This document shows, piece after piece, positions 17,892 to 28,437 of a DNA stretch of 64,000 bases. The notes under the pieces are model-generated. The model saw only the letters and a list, made by a program, of their open reading frames with translations, was not told the origin of the DNA and searched no databases. The translations under genes were made by a program, and so were the position numbers. Source of the stretch: Clostridiales bacterium (GTDB lineage: Bacteria; Bacillota; Clostridia; Christensenellales; DTU072); assembly GCA_012841525.1 (NCBI GenBank), contig DUUO01000015.1, forward strand, positions 18,924 to 82,923, given 5' to 3'. Positions within the stretch are counted from its first letter, which is position 1. Every line of letters begins with the position of its first letter.

Positions 17892-19382
17892 TTATCCCTT
17901 TTTTGCTTTTTTATCACTTTGTTTGTTAACAATTACTACAATAACTATCGTTAATGCAATTACAAATAAAACAATACCTATTGTAATACCGATTGTAGAT
18001 TTTTTATATAATTTACCTCCAATCGATAACATACCAGAATTATCATCAATCTTTTCTTGAACAACTAAATAAAAGTCTCCTCCTCTAACAGCTGTGCCTT
18101 TTGCCTTGTCAATTGTAGTACTTAAAATGACTTCTTCTAAAGGATCATTAGGATTTTTCATATCTCTATATAATTTTGCCTCATATATATTTTTATGTAG
18201 GAAATCAATTTCAATTTCGATATCTTGGGGATTTTCATATAATGCATCATTAATGTTTAACATTATCGAGAAAGCATAAACTGTTGGATTTTTTATTCCA
18301 GAAAAAAATGAAGCCTTTTCTTTAATATTATCAATTCTTTGTTGTGATGCCATTGGATTATCTAAAATAACTTTTATGTCGCTTCCTCTTAGAATATTGT
18401 TTGCTTGACTATTTTTTGCAGTTATGGTTGCATTTATTGTTAAATTAGTAGCCGATATTTTGTTTTTTATTTCAAATTTTATTGTTGGTTTTCCCTCAAT
18501 TGCAACTTTTAGTTCGTTAAAAATCCTCATTAATTCTCCATATTGAAATTTATCAGAAAATAAAGAAGTTTTAAAATCAGCCAATTTTTCGTCTACTAAA
18601 TTTTTGCCATTTTCAGTATAAAGATCGCTATTAAATTTTCTAAGTTCATTTTTTACATCTTCTAAAATTGTGAAAATATCATCATCTTGTAAAAATTCTA
18701 TTTGTGTTAATGGCTGCCTATCTTCATTTCCTGCCATATCCAACGCAACCAATATAGCACTTGAATAATCCAAATTCATATTAGGAGTAAATTCAATATC
18801 GTATCTATTGTTACTTTCATCACTAATTGATTTTTCAAAAAATGTCTTTTGGTTTTCTACTTCTAGGGAAACATATTTTATTCCATTTTCAATTTCATCA
18901 CTAACACTTACCGAAATTTTTACAGTTGGAAGTCCAGCCTTTTTTTCAAAAAAATCAATGTCTACCTTTATACTGTTAGTATTTATCGTAGGTTTTGTTT
19001 TATCAATATGTGCAGTACGAATTGTTTTTATTGGACTTTCTTCCCCCTCTTTTGTATATGCATAAACTTCGTAATAGCCTTCACTAGTAAATTCAATTAC
19101 TTTCAAATATTGATATTCTTTATCAGATTGTCCATTTTGTTGATTTGTTACTGAACTAAATCTAGCCCATCTATAAAATATATCCTTTCCCGCAGTGTGA
19201 GTAAGTTTTACAGTTACCTTATCCTTTACATATGAATTTGTATCATTTGGAAATATTTCTGCAACTATTTCATCAGCAGCAAACACCCTAATGTTATTAT
19301 TTGAAATGGTGAACAAAAAAACGAGCAACATAATTGCAAAACAAAAGACAATTAAATATGCTTTTCTTCGAAATGTGTTCAT
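17892..19382 (-). CDS. hypothetical type-I membrane/surface protein (N-terminal signal, Ig-like ectodomain, C-terminal TM plus Lys-rich tail)
   Basis: N-terminus AYLIVFCFAIMLLVFLF...VFA. The C-terminus is IGITIGIVLFVIALTIVIVVIVNKQSDKKAKKG. The segment KVTVKLTHTAGKDIFYRW...IDKTKP resembles Ig/Fn3-associated folds. Confidence 0.55.
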   Translation of the reverse strand: MNTFRRKAYLIVFCFAIMLLVFLFTISNNNIRVFAADEIVAEIFPNDTNSYVKDKVTVKLTHTAGKDIFYRWARFSSVTNQQNGQSDKEYQYLKVIEFTSEGYYEVYAYTKEGEESPIKTIRTAHIDKTKPTINTNSIKVDIDFFEKKAGLPTVKISVSVSDEIENGIKYVSLEVENQKTFFEKSISDESNNRYDIEFTPNMNLDYSSAILVALDMAGNEDRQPLTQIEFLQDDDIFTILEDVKNELRKFNSDLYTENGKNLVDEKLADFKTSLFSDKFQYGELMRIFNELKVAIEGKPTIKFEIKNKISATNLTINATITAKNSQANNILRGSDIKVILDNPMASQQRIDNIKEKASFFSGIKNPTVYAFSIMLNINDALYENPQDIEIEIDFLHKNIYEAKLYRDMKNPNDPLEEVILSTTIDKAKGTAVRGGDFYLVVQEKIDDNSGMLSIGGKLYKKSTIGITIGIVLFVIALTIVIVVIVNKQSDKKAKKG

Positions 19383-19850
19383 ATAAAAATTTTAGCACAA
19401 ATTACATAATTACCATAGTCAAAAATGCATGTAACACCCAAATTTCATTTACATTAAACATAATCATTTAAAAAAATAATTTTAAAAATTAACATATAAA
19501 ATTACACTCAAAAAAATTAAAAATTGATTTATTTTAAATAATTTTTATCATTATAATATTTATATATTTGCTGTTAAGAAAGCATAAATGCGAGTTTGGT
19601 TATCATTTTATAAAAATTTCATTAAAAATTATATTAAATCATAAAAAAATGATTTAAACTAAAATATTAAAATTCTTGTATAAGGGGTGTTTTTTAAGAC
19701 AATAATAATTATAGTAAAAATTTTTAATAATTTTTTCATTTTTTGCTATTGACTTAAAAATAATAAAATGATACCATTAAAAATGTACTTTATTTAAACA
19801 TATTTAAAGTAGTTTTTATCTATATTTATATTTTATTAGGAAATAAATTT

Positions 19851-20816
19851 ATGACAAAAAAAATTAGCATACCACAATTATTAGAAAAAGAAATTTTAGA
19901 AGCAAAAATAAGTTCAAAATCTGAAAAAAAAGCTTTTATTAATGGTATGCTTATAGGAAGTGGATATTTATTTAATAGACAAGGTAAAAGAGGAATTATT
20001 ATTGAAGTTCCAAGTTTAGAACTTGCTAGAAAAGCTGAAAATCTTATTTACAATATAACAAATCATTCCCCTATAATTTATGAAAGTAAAACCAAAAACA
20101 ATTTAAATGATAAAACAATATATATTGTAGAAATATTAAATGAAAATGCAATCAAATTATTGATGTTTTCTGGTCAATTTAACAATCAAATTAATACTTT
20201 TGAAAGCATAAACATCAAAAATTTTAATAGCGATAAAAGCAAAAAGGCATTTTTGCAAGGTTTGTTTGCTACCTCTGGATATATTTATATTCCCCAAAAT
20301 ATGAATAAGCGAAGTGGTGGATATAGTTTAGAAATTATTGTAAAAAATGCAGAAATCGCTAAAGAAATTAAAACTTTATTAAATCATTTTAATATAACTG
20401 CAAGAAGCAGAGCAAAAAATAATACTGTAATTATATATATAAAGGATGCAGAAATTATTTTAGATTTTTTAATAGTCATAGGAGCAGTTAATACATATTT
20501 TGAATTACAAAATATACTAGCTTTTAGAATGCTAACAAACGATACAAATCGTGAAAGAAATTGCATGGTAGCAAATATATCTAAAACGGCAAATGCCTCT
20601 GCAAAGCAATTGTTAGCAATACAAAAACTAATTGATGATGGTAGAATTGATTCTCTCAATCCAAAATTAAAAGCAACAGCCTACGCTAGATTAAATAATC
20701 CAGATTTGCCTTTATCTGAACTTGCCAAAGTTTTAGATGATAAACCATCAAAAAGTGGATTAGCTCATAGACTTAATAAAATAATAGATTATGCAAATGA
20801 TAATATAGAAAATTAA
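19851..20816 (+). CDS. whiA: DNA-binding protein WhiA
   Basis: 321 aa with two degenerate LAGLIDADG-like segments (KKAFINGMLIGSGYL and KKAFLQGLFATSGYIY) and a C-terminal HTH (LSELAKVL...SKSGLAHRLNKI). Confidence 0.88.
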   Translation: MTKKISIPQLLEKEILEAKISSKSEKKAFINGMLIGSGYLFNRQGKRGIIIEVPSLELARKAENLIYNITNHSPIIYESKTKNNLNDKTIYIVEILNENAIKLLMFSGQFNNQINTFESINIKNFNSDKSKKAFLQGLFATSGYIYIPQNMNKRSGGYSLEIIVKNAEIAKEIKTLLNHFNITARSRAKNNTVIIYIKDAEIILDFLIVIGAVNTYFELQNILAFRMLTNDTNRERNCMVANISKTANASAKQLLAIQKLIDDGRIDSLNPKLKATAYARLNNPDLPLSELAKVLDDKPSKSGLAHRLNKIIDYANDNIEN

Positions 20817-20909
20817 TAATAATTTCTGAAAAAATTTAATTGCTAAATTGATAAATGTTCATAGCAAATATATGAAAATGCATAAAACAAAAAATATAAG
20901 GAGAATGAC

Positions 20910-23900
20910 ATGACAAAAAACAATGGTTATATACATTTGCACACACACACTGAATACAGCCTCCTAGATGGACTTTCACCCATTAAAGATTTGGTCGCTG
21001 AAGCAAAAAGACAAAATGCTAAAGCGCTTGCAATAACTGATCACGGAAACCTTTATGGTGCATTAAAATTTTTTAAAGCATGCAAAGAAGCAAAAATTAA
21101 GCCTATTATTGGTTGTGAATTTTATGTTACTGATGACATAAAAAGCGAAAATAAAAACAGAGACAATGACCATCTTGTCCTACTTGCAAAAAATGAAGTA
21201 GGATATAAAAATTTATGCAAGTTAAATACACTTGCTTTCACTGAAGGTTTTTACTTCAAACCAAGAATTGATTTGAATTTACTAGAAAAACATAGCGAAG
21301 GTTTAATTTGTTTAACTGCATGCCTTGCAGGCAGATTACCTAGAATTTTGCTTGATGATTTAATTGCAGATAAATATCAAAAAGCTGTTGAATATGCCTT
21401 AAAATTAAAATCGCTATTTGCTGATGGTGATTTTTACATTGAATTGCAAGATCATAATTTAAAAGAGCAAAAACTGACAAATCCACTTTTAGCAAAAATA
21501 GCAAAAGAAATTGGTGTAAAATGTGTTGCAACAAATGATATTCATTATTTAAACAAAGCCGATGCAAAATATCATGACATTCTTTTATGCGTCCAGACTC
21601 AAAAAACTTTAACTGATGAAAATAGAATGCGTTTTCCAAATGATGAATTTTACTTTAAAACAAAAGAAGAAATGGAAGAAATTTTTAGTTGGTGCCCTGA
21701 AGCAACCTCTACTCCAGATGAAATAGCAGAAAAATGTAATTTTACAATAGGTAAAAAAGGATACCAACTTCCAGAATATAAATGTCCAGATAATTTAACA
21801 GCAAATGAATATCTAAGAGTACTTACACAGGAAGGTCTCAAAAAAAGATATGAAAAGATAACAGATGAAATTTTGAAAAGAGCAGAGGTTGAACTTGATG
21901 TTATTATCAGAATGGGATTTGCTGAATATTATTTAATTGTTTGGGATTTTATTGACTGGGCTAAAAAACATGATGTCCCAGTAGGTCCTGGCAGAGGCAG
22001 CGGCGTTGGCAGTATTGTTGCTTATGCTATAGGAATTACTAATATAGATCCACTTAAATATGGTTTAATTTTTGAAAGATTTTTAAATGAAGATAGAATG
22101 ACAATGCCAGACTTCGATATTGACTTTTGTCAAGAAAGGCGTTCAAAAGTTATTGATTATGTAACCCAAAAATATGGAGAAGATCATATTTCAAAAATTA
22201 TAACTTTTGGTAGCATGAAGAAAAAACAAGCAATTAGAGATGCTGGTAGAGTTTATGGTGTATCTTTTGATGAAACCACTAAATTAATTAATGCAATATC
22301 AGAAAATATATTTAATGACAAAGATTTGAAATTAATTGAATTACTAAATCCTAATAGTCCGAAATATGAAAGTGAATTAGATGATCTTTGCAAAGAAAAC
22401 CCAGTTTTTAGAGCCGTTATTGAGGCTGCATCAAAAATTGATAATTTATCTAGACAATCAGGAATACATGCTGCAGGAGTTGTAATATACAAAAACCCTG
22501 CAATTGACACCCTACCACTTGCAAAAAATAAAGATGATTTAACAACTCAATACGATAAAGATGAAGTCGAAGAAATGGGTTTATTGAAAATGGATTTCCT
22601 TGGATTGCAAACATTAACTGATCTCAAGCAAGCTCATGACACAATTTTGCAAACTAAAGGTGTTGATATAACTTTTGATGACAAATATGATGATCCTAAA
22701 GTATATGAGTTAATTTCAAGCGGTGATACTGACGCAGTTTTTCAACTTGAAAGTCCTGGTATGAAAAGTTTTATGAAAAGATTAAAACCCACTTCTTTAG
22801 AAGACATAATTGCTGGTGTTGCCCTATATAGACCAGGCCCTATGGATAATATTGATACATACATAGAAAGCACACATAACCCACAAAAAATCAAATACCT
22901 TGATGATAGATTAAAAGATATTCTAGGTATAACAGCAGGCATAATTGTATATCAAGAACAAGCGATGAGAATTACCCAAGTTCTTGCAGGATATAGCTTA
23001 AATAGAGCTGATAATTTTAGACGTATCATAAGCAAAAAGAAAACTGCAGAAATGGAAGAAGAAGGTAAAATTTTCATTTATGGAAAAAGAGATGCAGATG
23101 GCAATTTAGTATTAAATGATAAAGGACTACCAGAAGTTCCAGGTTGTATCGAAAATGGCATTAGCGAAGAAGTTGCTACAGAGATTTTCAAACAAATGAA
23201 AAACTTTGCAGAATATGCTTTTAATAAATCTCACGCAACTGCATATGCTGTAATTGCTTATATGACCGCATATTATAAAGCATATTATCCTGTAGAATAT
23301 ATGGCCGCTGTCATAAACAGCCGTATCGATAAAGCAGATGAAATGAGAAAATATTTACCTATTATAAAAAAGATGGGAATTGATATTGTAAAACCAGATA
23401 TTAATGACAGTCAAGGTTTGTTTATGCCAGAAAATAAAAGTATAAGATATGGTTTAGGATGTGTAAAAAATCTTGGTAAGCAAGCAGTAGATGACATTAT
23501 TAGTGAAAGAGAAAAAAATGGTAAATATAAAAGTTTTTATGACTTTATTTATAGAATACAAAAATTTGAAAGACCAATTGCAAAAGATGCAATAGAAAAT
23601 TTAATTTACGGAGGAGCCTTGGATTGTCTTGGTGAATTTAGGTCAACAATGATGGTAAATTTACAAAGCATGATAAAAAAAGCAAAAGCAAATTACGAAG
23701 CAGAGCATAATCAAAATCCTAGCCTATTAGATTATTTTAAGATTTATATTGAACTTGACACAAGTATTGATGACGTTCAAATCAAAGAATATCCTCATTC
23801 CGTATTGCTCGATAATGAAATGAAGGCTTTAAATATGTATATTTCTGGCCATCCTTTAGATGCAATAAATTATGATAAATCTGATTTGAATTTTGATTCA

Positions 23901-24551
23901 ACAATAATTGACATATTAACAAATGAAGAAAATGACGAATCAGAAAATTTTGATGAACTTGAAACTAATACATACGACGCTAAACTTAAAGATGGTGATG
24001 AAGTTATTTTCATAGGTATTATAAGAGAAGTTAAAAAACGTGTAAGCAGAAATGGATCGAACTACTATCAAATTCAAGTAGAAGATAACTTTGGAACAAT
24101 AGATATGATTGCATTTGAATATCTTGCATCGAAAAAAGGAGATTTGTTAGTAAAAGGTAAAATTGTAAAAGTTATAGGATCTTTATCAATCAGAGGAAAC
24201 AATGTTTCAGTTAGGTGCAATGACCTTTTTGAAATTGAATCAAACTCAAAAAAATTACAAAAGGATGCTAGATATCTTTATGTCTTACTAGATGAAACAA
24301 ACCATCATAAAAAAGATGCTATTGAGACTATCTTAAAAAACGATCCAGGCTTAAATCCAGTTTATTATCAATATAATGATTTAATATATAAGTTTGACAA
24401 TCTTGTAGATAATCTTGTAAGAACAGAAGAGGAAATCAAATCACTTTTATGCAACGAACGCAACAAACAAAATAAAGTAATGTTATGTGATGAAATAAGG
24501 CACAACCCAGAAAAAGAAGCTGTTTGTGAGCTTGTTAAAGATTTAGAATAA
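20910..24551 (+). CDS. dnaE: DNA polymerase III alpha subunit (DnaE type)
   Basis: 1213 aa. PHP domain start is IHLHTHTEYSLLDG, and the polymerase core carries GPGRGSGVGS and PDFDIDF. RBS AAGGAG. Confidence 0.93.
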   Translation: MTKNNGYIHLHTHTEYSLLDGLSPIKDLVAEAKRQNAKALAITDHGNLYGALKFFKACKEAKIKPIIGCEFYVTDDIKSENKNRDNDHLVLLAKNEVGYKNLCKLNTLAFTEGFYFKPRIDLNLLEKHSEGLICLTACLAGRLPRILLDDLIADKYQKAVEYALKLKSLFADGDFYIELQDHNLKEQKLTNPLLAKIAKEIGVKCVATNDIHYLNKADAKYHDILLCVQTQKTLTDENRMRFPNDEFYFKTKEEMEEIFSWCPEATSTPDEIAEKCNFTIGKKGYQLPEYKCPDNLTANEYLRVLTQEGLKKRYEKITDEILKRAEVELDVIIRMGFAEYYLIVWDFIDWAKKHDVPVGPGRGSGVGSIVAYAIGITNIDPLKYGLIFERFLNEDRMTMPDFDIDFCQERRSKVIDYVTQKYGEDHISKIITFGSMKKKQAIRDAGRVYGVSFDETTKLINAISENIFNDKDLKLIELLNPNSPKYESELDDLCKENPVFRAVIEAASKIDNLSRQSGIHAAGVVIYKNPAIDTLPLAKNKDDLTTQYDKDEVEEMGLLKMDFLGLQTLTDLKQAHDTILQTKGVDITFDDKYDDPKVYELISSGDTDAVFQLESPGMKSFMKRLKPTSLEDIIAGVALYRPGPMDNIDTYIESTHNPQKIKYLDDRLKDILGITAGIIVYQEQAMRITQVLAGYSLNRADNFRRIISKKKTAEMEEEGKIFIYGKRDADGNLVLNDKGLPEVPGCIENGISEEVATEIFKQMKNFAEYAFNKSHATAYAVIAYMTAYYKAYYPVEYMAAVINSRIDKADEMRKYLPIIKKMGIDIVKPDINDSQGLFMPENKSIRYGLGCVKNLGKQAVDDIISEREKNGKYKSFYDFIYRIQKFERPIAKDAIENLIYGGALDCLGEFRSTMMVNLQSMIKKAKANYEAEHNQNPSLLDYFKIYIELDTSIDDVQIKEYPHSVLLDNEMKALNMYISGHPLDAINYDKSDLNFDSTIIDILTNEENDESENFDELETNTYDAKLKDGDEVIFIGIIREVKKRVSRNGSNYYQIQVEDNFGTIDMIAFEYLASKKGDLLVKGKIVKVIGSLSIRGNNVSVRCNDLFEIESNSKKLQKDARYLYVLLDETNHHKKDAIETILKNDPGLNPVYYQYNDLIYKFDNLVDNLVRTEEEIKSLLCNERNKQNKVMLCDEIRHNPEKEAVCELVKDLE

Positions 24552-24558
24552 ATTTTTT

Positions 24559-24596
24559 AAGCCTGTTTCGAAAGAGAAACAGGCTTTTATTTTTTG
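24559..24596 (+). terminator. Rho-independent terminator after dnaE
   Basis: AAGCCTGTTTC (24559..24569) pairs perfectly with GAAACAGGCTT (24576..24586), followed by TTTATTTTTT. Confidence 0.85.
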
Positions 24597-24605
24597 TAAA
24601 TGCCG

Positions 24606-25406
24606 TTATTTTTGTCCACCGTACATTTTAAATAATATATAACTTAAAAATCTTTTTGGAACTAATTTTGAAGCAAACCACAATATTTTATAATCAGTGC
24701 CAACAACTAAATGATGTGGCATTTCCTTTTTAGTTGCATTTTTAAAAATAACTTTAGCAGCCCGTTTTGCACTCATTCCGCCTCGTTCATCTTTTTCCAT
24801 AACTGCAACTGATTTTTCCACAAAACTTCCATAACTTCCTACTTCTTTTGCCTTTATTCTATTATCAGTAAAAGATGTCGATACATCACCTGGCATAACT
24901 GTCATTATTTGAACTCCAAATGGCCTTACTTCATTTCGCAAACTATCACTAAGCAAATTTACTGCAGCCTTTGATGCACAATAGTACGATTGATAAGGAA
25001 TTGGTAAAACAGCAGCAAGTGATGAAAGATTAATTATTTTCCCTTTTGTTTTTCTCAAATGTGGCAAACATGCTTGTGTAAAAAATGATAATCCAAAAAC
25101 ATTTATGTCAAACATTTTTTTCACATCTTCATGTGGCGTACATTCAACTGCACCTGAAATTCCAATCCCCGCATTATTAATAAGCATATCAATTCTTCCA
25201 AACTTATCAATTACTTCAGATACAGCTTTATTTACATCACTTTCATTTGAAACATCACATGCTATTTTATACACATTATCTGCTTCAAAATAATTAAATG
25301 TTCTACTAATTGAAACAACCTGCCAATCTGCATTTTGAAAAAACTCAACTAATTCAGCTCCAATCCCCTTTGAGCCTCCTGTAATTAAAACAATTTTGCT
25401 TTCCAT
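24606..25406 (-). CDS. short-chain dehydrogenase/reductase (SDR) family oxidoreductase
   Basis: Cofactor loop TGGSKGIG, plus NNAG and the catalytic YCASK. The start is trimmed to the ATG at 25406, which follows a strong AAGGAGG; the ORF track's 25472 start adds 22 residues. Confidence 0.85.
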   Translation of the reverse strand: MESKIVLITGGSKGIGAELVEFFQNADWQVVSISRTFNYFEADNVYKIACDVSNESDVNKAVSEVIDKFGRIDMLINNAGIGISGAVECTPHEDVKKMFDINVFGLSFFTQACLPHLRKTKGKIINLSSLAAVLPIPYQSYYCASKAAVNLLSDSLRNEVRPFGVQIMTVMPGDVSTSFTDNRIKAKEVGSYGSFVEKSVAVMEKDERGGMSAKRAAKVIFKNATKKEMPHHLVVGTDYKILWFASKLVPKRFLSYILFKMYGGQK

Positions 25407-25477
25407 AATCGCCTCCTTACATATATATAATTTTTTATTAGGCTTAGCATATTCTTTTCTCTTATATTGCAACCTAA

Positions 25478-26296
25478 TTATATGTTTTTTCCTAAACCAA
25501 ATTTTTCAACAATATACGAAACCCCATCATTTTGACAAGATGGAGCAATTAAATCAGCCACATTTTTTGCTTCTTTAGTAGCGTTTTCAACTGCCACGCC
25601 TAGTCCTGCATATTCAATCATAGAAACATCATTACCGCTATCCCCTATACATATTATTTCATCTTGTTTTATGTTCAATTTCTTTGCAACATTTGCAACT
25701 GCAAGGCCTTTACTAGCTTTATTACTAATAATTTCAACAAATTCTGGGTGAGAAGAATTAACTAAAACTGAATTAGAAAAGTTTGAAGTTATTTTATCAC
25801 TAATAAATGAATTTTCGTTTGATGGAGCAATCACCATAAATTTCGGTATTGATAAATTTTTTTCTTTAATATATGTTGATACTGTGTTATTTAATGCTTT
25901 TGCCTTAGCACCAGTAAATAAATTATATTCTTTTGTATATTCAGTCTCTTTTGCAATTAAATACTCATCTAACAAATAAGAATGAAAATACCAACCAAAA
26001 CTTTCTAAAAAATTTGCTATTTTAAAAGCAAGAAATGGCTCCATTGCGGTCATATTTAAAATTTTTCCTGTTTTGACATCTGATATCATGGCACCTTGGA
26101 AAGATATTAAATCGGTAGAAATATTAAGCATTTTAGCGTAAGGCAAAATAGATGAAGTCATTCTGCCTGTCGCAATAGTAAAAACTCCACCTATTTTTCT
26201 AAAATCATCTACAGCATTTTTTAATCTTTTTGAGATTACAAGACTTCTGTCAGTAATTGTGTTATCAAAATCTGCAACTATTAATTTATATCTCAT
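25478..26296 (-). CDS. Cof-type HAD-IIB family phosphatase/hydrolase
   Basis: Motif I is ADFDNT(I)T, with a C-terminal GDSGNDVSM motif. The 272-aa length is typical of Cof/YidA-like sugar phosphatases. Confidence 0.85.
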   Translation of the reverse strand: MRYKLIVADFDNTITDRSLVISKRLKNAVDDFRKIGGVFTIATGRMTSSILPYAKMLNISTDLISFQGAMISDVKTGKILNMTAMEPFLAFKIANFLESFGWYFHSYLLDEYLIAKETEYTKEYNLFTGAKAKALNNTVSTYIKEKNLSIPKFMVIAPSNENSFISDKITSNFSNSVLVNSSHPEFVEIISNKASKGLAVANVAKKLNIKQDEIICIGDSGNDVSMIEYAGLGVAVENATKEAKNVADLIAPSCQNDGVSYIVEKFGLGKNI

Positions 26297-26379
26297 TTTT
26301 TCTGTGTAATAAAAGCATCCTTTTTATAATAATTTAATAAAATATACTTGAATCCATATGTCTATTCTACATGATAAAA

Positions 26380-26490
26380 TTAATCAATTCCATTATTATC
26401 TTTAATACAAAAATACTTAATCAATTTCATTGTTATCTTTAGTGCAAAACGCTTAATCAATTTTATTGTTGTCTTTATATGTTTGCACAT
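26380..26490. repeat. three direct 36-37-bp repeats (conserved 25-nt core TTAATCAATTYYATTRTTRTCTTTA) between the uvrC stop and the HAD gene start
   Basis: Copies start at 26380, 26417 and 26453. The first 25 nt of each differ at only 1-3 positions. Confidence 0.9.
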
Positions 26491-26506
26491 AATTTATCAG
26501 TTTTAT

Positions 26507-28327
26507 TTAACTTTCTTCAATTGTTATATTAGAAAAGAACTCTTTAATTGCTCTTGCTTTTTTTTCTCCAATTCCTGGGACTTTCATAAGTTCTTCAATG
26601 CTTGCTGTTTTTATTGATTCAATATTTTGAAAATATTCAAAAAGATCTTTTGCATGCTTTTCCCCAACTCCTTTAATATTAGTCAATTGAGAGTCTAGCA
26701 TTCTTTTATTTTGCAAATTATCGCGATAACTATTTGCAAATCTATGTGCTTCATCTCTTACTCGTTGCAATAGCTTTAATGAATCACTGTCTTTGTTTAA
26801 TTGCAATATTTCATTTTTGTTCCAAAGATATATATCTTCATTTTTTTCAGCAAGACTTATAAATGGAATGTCATATTTTGAAATTATTGATTTAACTGTA
26901 GATAAATGGCCTTTCCCACCGTCAATTATTATTAAATCTGGTTTTTCTGAAAAGCTAATATCAGCAGAACTTAGTGATTCCATTCTCCTAGTTAAAACTT
27001 CAAGCATAGAAGCATAGTCATCTATGCCTTTAACATTTTTAATCCTAAATTTTCTATAGTGCTTTTTATTTGGTAATCCATTTGAAAATACAACCATAGA
27101 GCCAACTTTATCAGAAGAAGCAAAATTTGAGATATCATAACATTCAATTCTTTTAGGATATGTGGGCAAATCTAAATCTTCTTTCAGACTTCTTAAAGAA
27201 GTTAAAACTCTGTCTTCTATAGATACATTTCTCGCTACAACTTTTGACAAATATTCTTCAGCATTTTTTAAGGCAAAAGACAAAAGTTGCTTTTTTACTC
27301 CTGCTTTTGGATAAACAAATTTAACTTTACTGCCTTTAATCTCACTTAAATGATCTTGAAGTTCTGATTTAAATTCCAATTCTGGAAAGACAATAATTTC
27401 TTTAACTAAAATTGGATTTTTTTCATAGTATTGTGATATATAGCTAGATAAGACATCCATATTGTCTAATAAATTATATATTTGAATATTTTGAACTCCA
27501 ATTAATACTCCATTTCTAACATTTAAAACAGTTATTACACCATAATCTTTATCTGCTAATCTAACAAAAACATCTACAGAGATCTTTTGAGTAATATCTA
27601 CAACTTGCTCTCTTTCTAACTTATCAAGCATTTGTAATTTATCTCTATACTTTATTGCAGTTTCAAAATCTTCACGATTTGAAAACATTTCTATTTTTCT
27701 TTTCAAATCATCTTTTACATAATCTGCTTTTCCAGAAAGAAAATTTACCACATCTTGAACAATTAAACTATATTCCTCTTTGCTAATAGCATTTATACAA
27801 GGTGCTGAGCATGTTCCAATAAAACTTTTTAAACATCCTCTTTCTCTTTTAGTAGGTAATGCCCCTTTGCATCCTCTAATTGGAAAAGTTGATTGAATAA
27901 TATCAAGTAAGCCCGCTGCAGTAATACCTCGCATATATGGTCCAAAATACAAACTTCCATCTTTTTTTACAATTCTTACTATTTCTATCCAAGGAAAATC
28001 TTCATTAATATGAATTTTTAAATACGGGTATGTTTTATCGTCTTTTAGCAAAATGTTATAAAAAGGTTTATGCAACTTAATAAGAGAATTTTCAAGCACC
28101 AAAGCCTCAAGTTCAGAGTTTGTTAAAATATATTCAAAATCATCTATTTCAGCAACAAGCAGCATAGTTTTTCTATTTTTTGATGACTTAGAAAAATATT
28201 GACTGACCCTTGATTTTAAGTTTTTGGCTTTTCCAATGTAAATTATTGTATTATGCTTGTCTAACATAATATATACACCACTACTTTTGGGTAATAAACT
28301 TAATTTTTTTCTGATTTTTTTGTTCAT
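26507..28327 (-). CDS. uvrC: excinuclease ABC subunit C
   Basis: 606 aa with a GIY-YIG N-terminus (GVYIMLDKHNTIIYIGKAKNLKSRVSQY), a UVR domain and a C-terminal (HhH)2. Confidence 0.93.
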   Translation of the reverse strand: MNKKIRKKLSLLPKSSGVYIMLDKHNTIIYIGKAKNLKSRVSQYFSKSSKNRKTMLLVAEIDDFEYILTNSELEALVLENSLIKLHKPFYNILLKDDKTYPYLKIHINEDFPWIEIVRIVKKDGSLYFGPYMRGITAAGLLDIIQSTFPIRGCKGALPTKRERGCLKSFIGTCSAPCINAISKEEYSLIVQDVVNFLSGKADYVKDDLKRKIEMFSNREDFETAIKYRDKLQMLDKLEREQVVDITQKISVDVFVRLADKDYGVITVLNVRNGVLIGVQNIQIYNLLDNMDVLSSYISQYYEKNPILVKEIIVFPELEFKSELQDHLSEIKGSKVKFVYPKAGVKKQLLSFALKNAEEYLSKVVARNVSIEDRVLTSLRSLKEDLDLPTYPKRIECYDISNFASSDKVGSMVVFSNGLPNKKHYRKFRIKNVKGIDDYASMLEVLTRRMESLSSADISFSEKPDLIIIDGGKGHLSTVKSIISKYDIPFISLAEKNEDIYLWNKNEILQLNKDSDSLKLLQRVRDEAHRFANSYRDNLQNKRMLDSQLTNIKGVGEKHAKDLFEYFQNIESIKTASIEELMKVPGIGEKKARAIKEFFSNITIEES

Positions 28328-28437
28328 TTGTCAATCTTTACTTTATTTTTTTATCCTATGCAAATAATTCATTGCTACATAAATATATCTTATGTTATTA
28401 TACAACAAGCGGTTATAATATTTTAAGCCCTCTTTAA

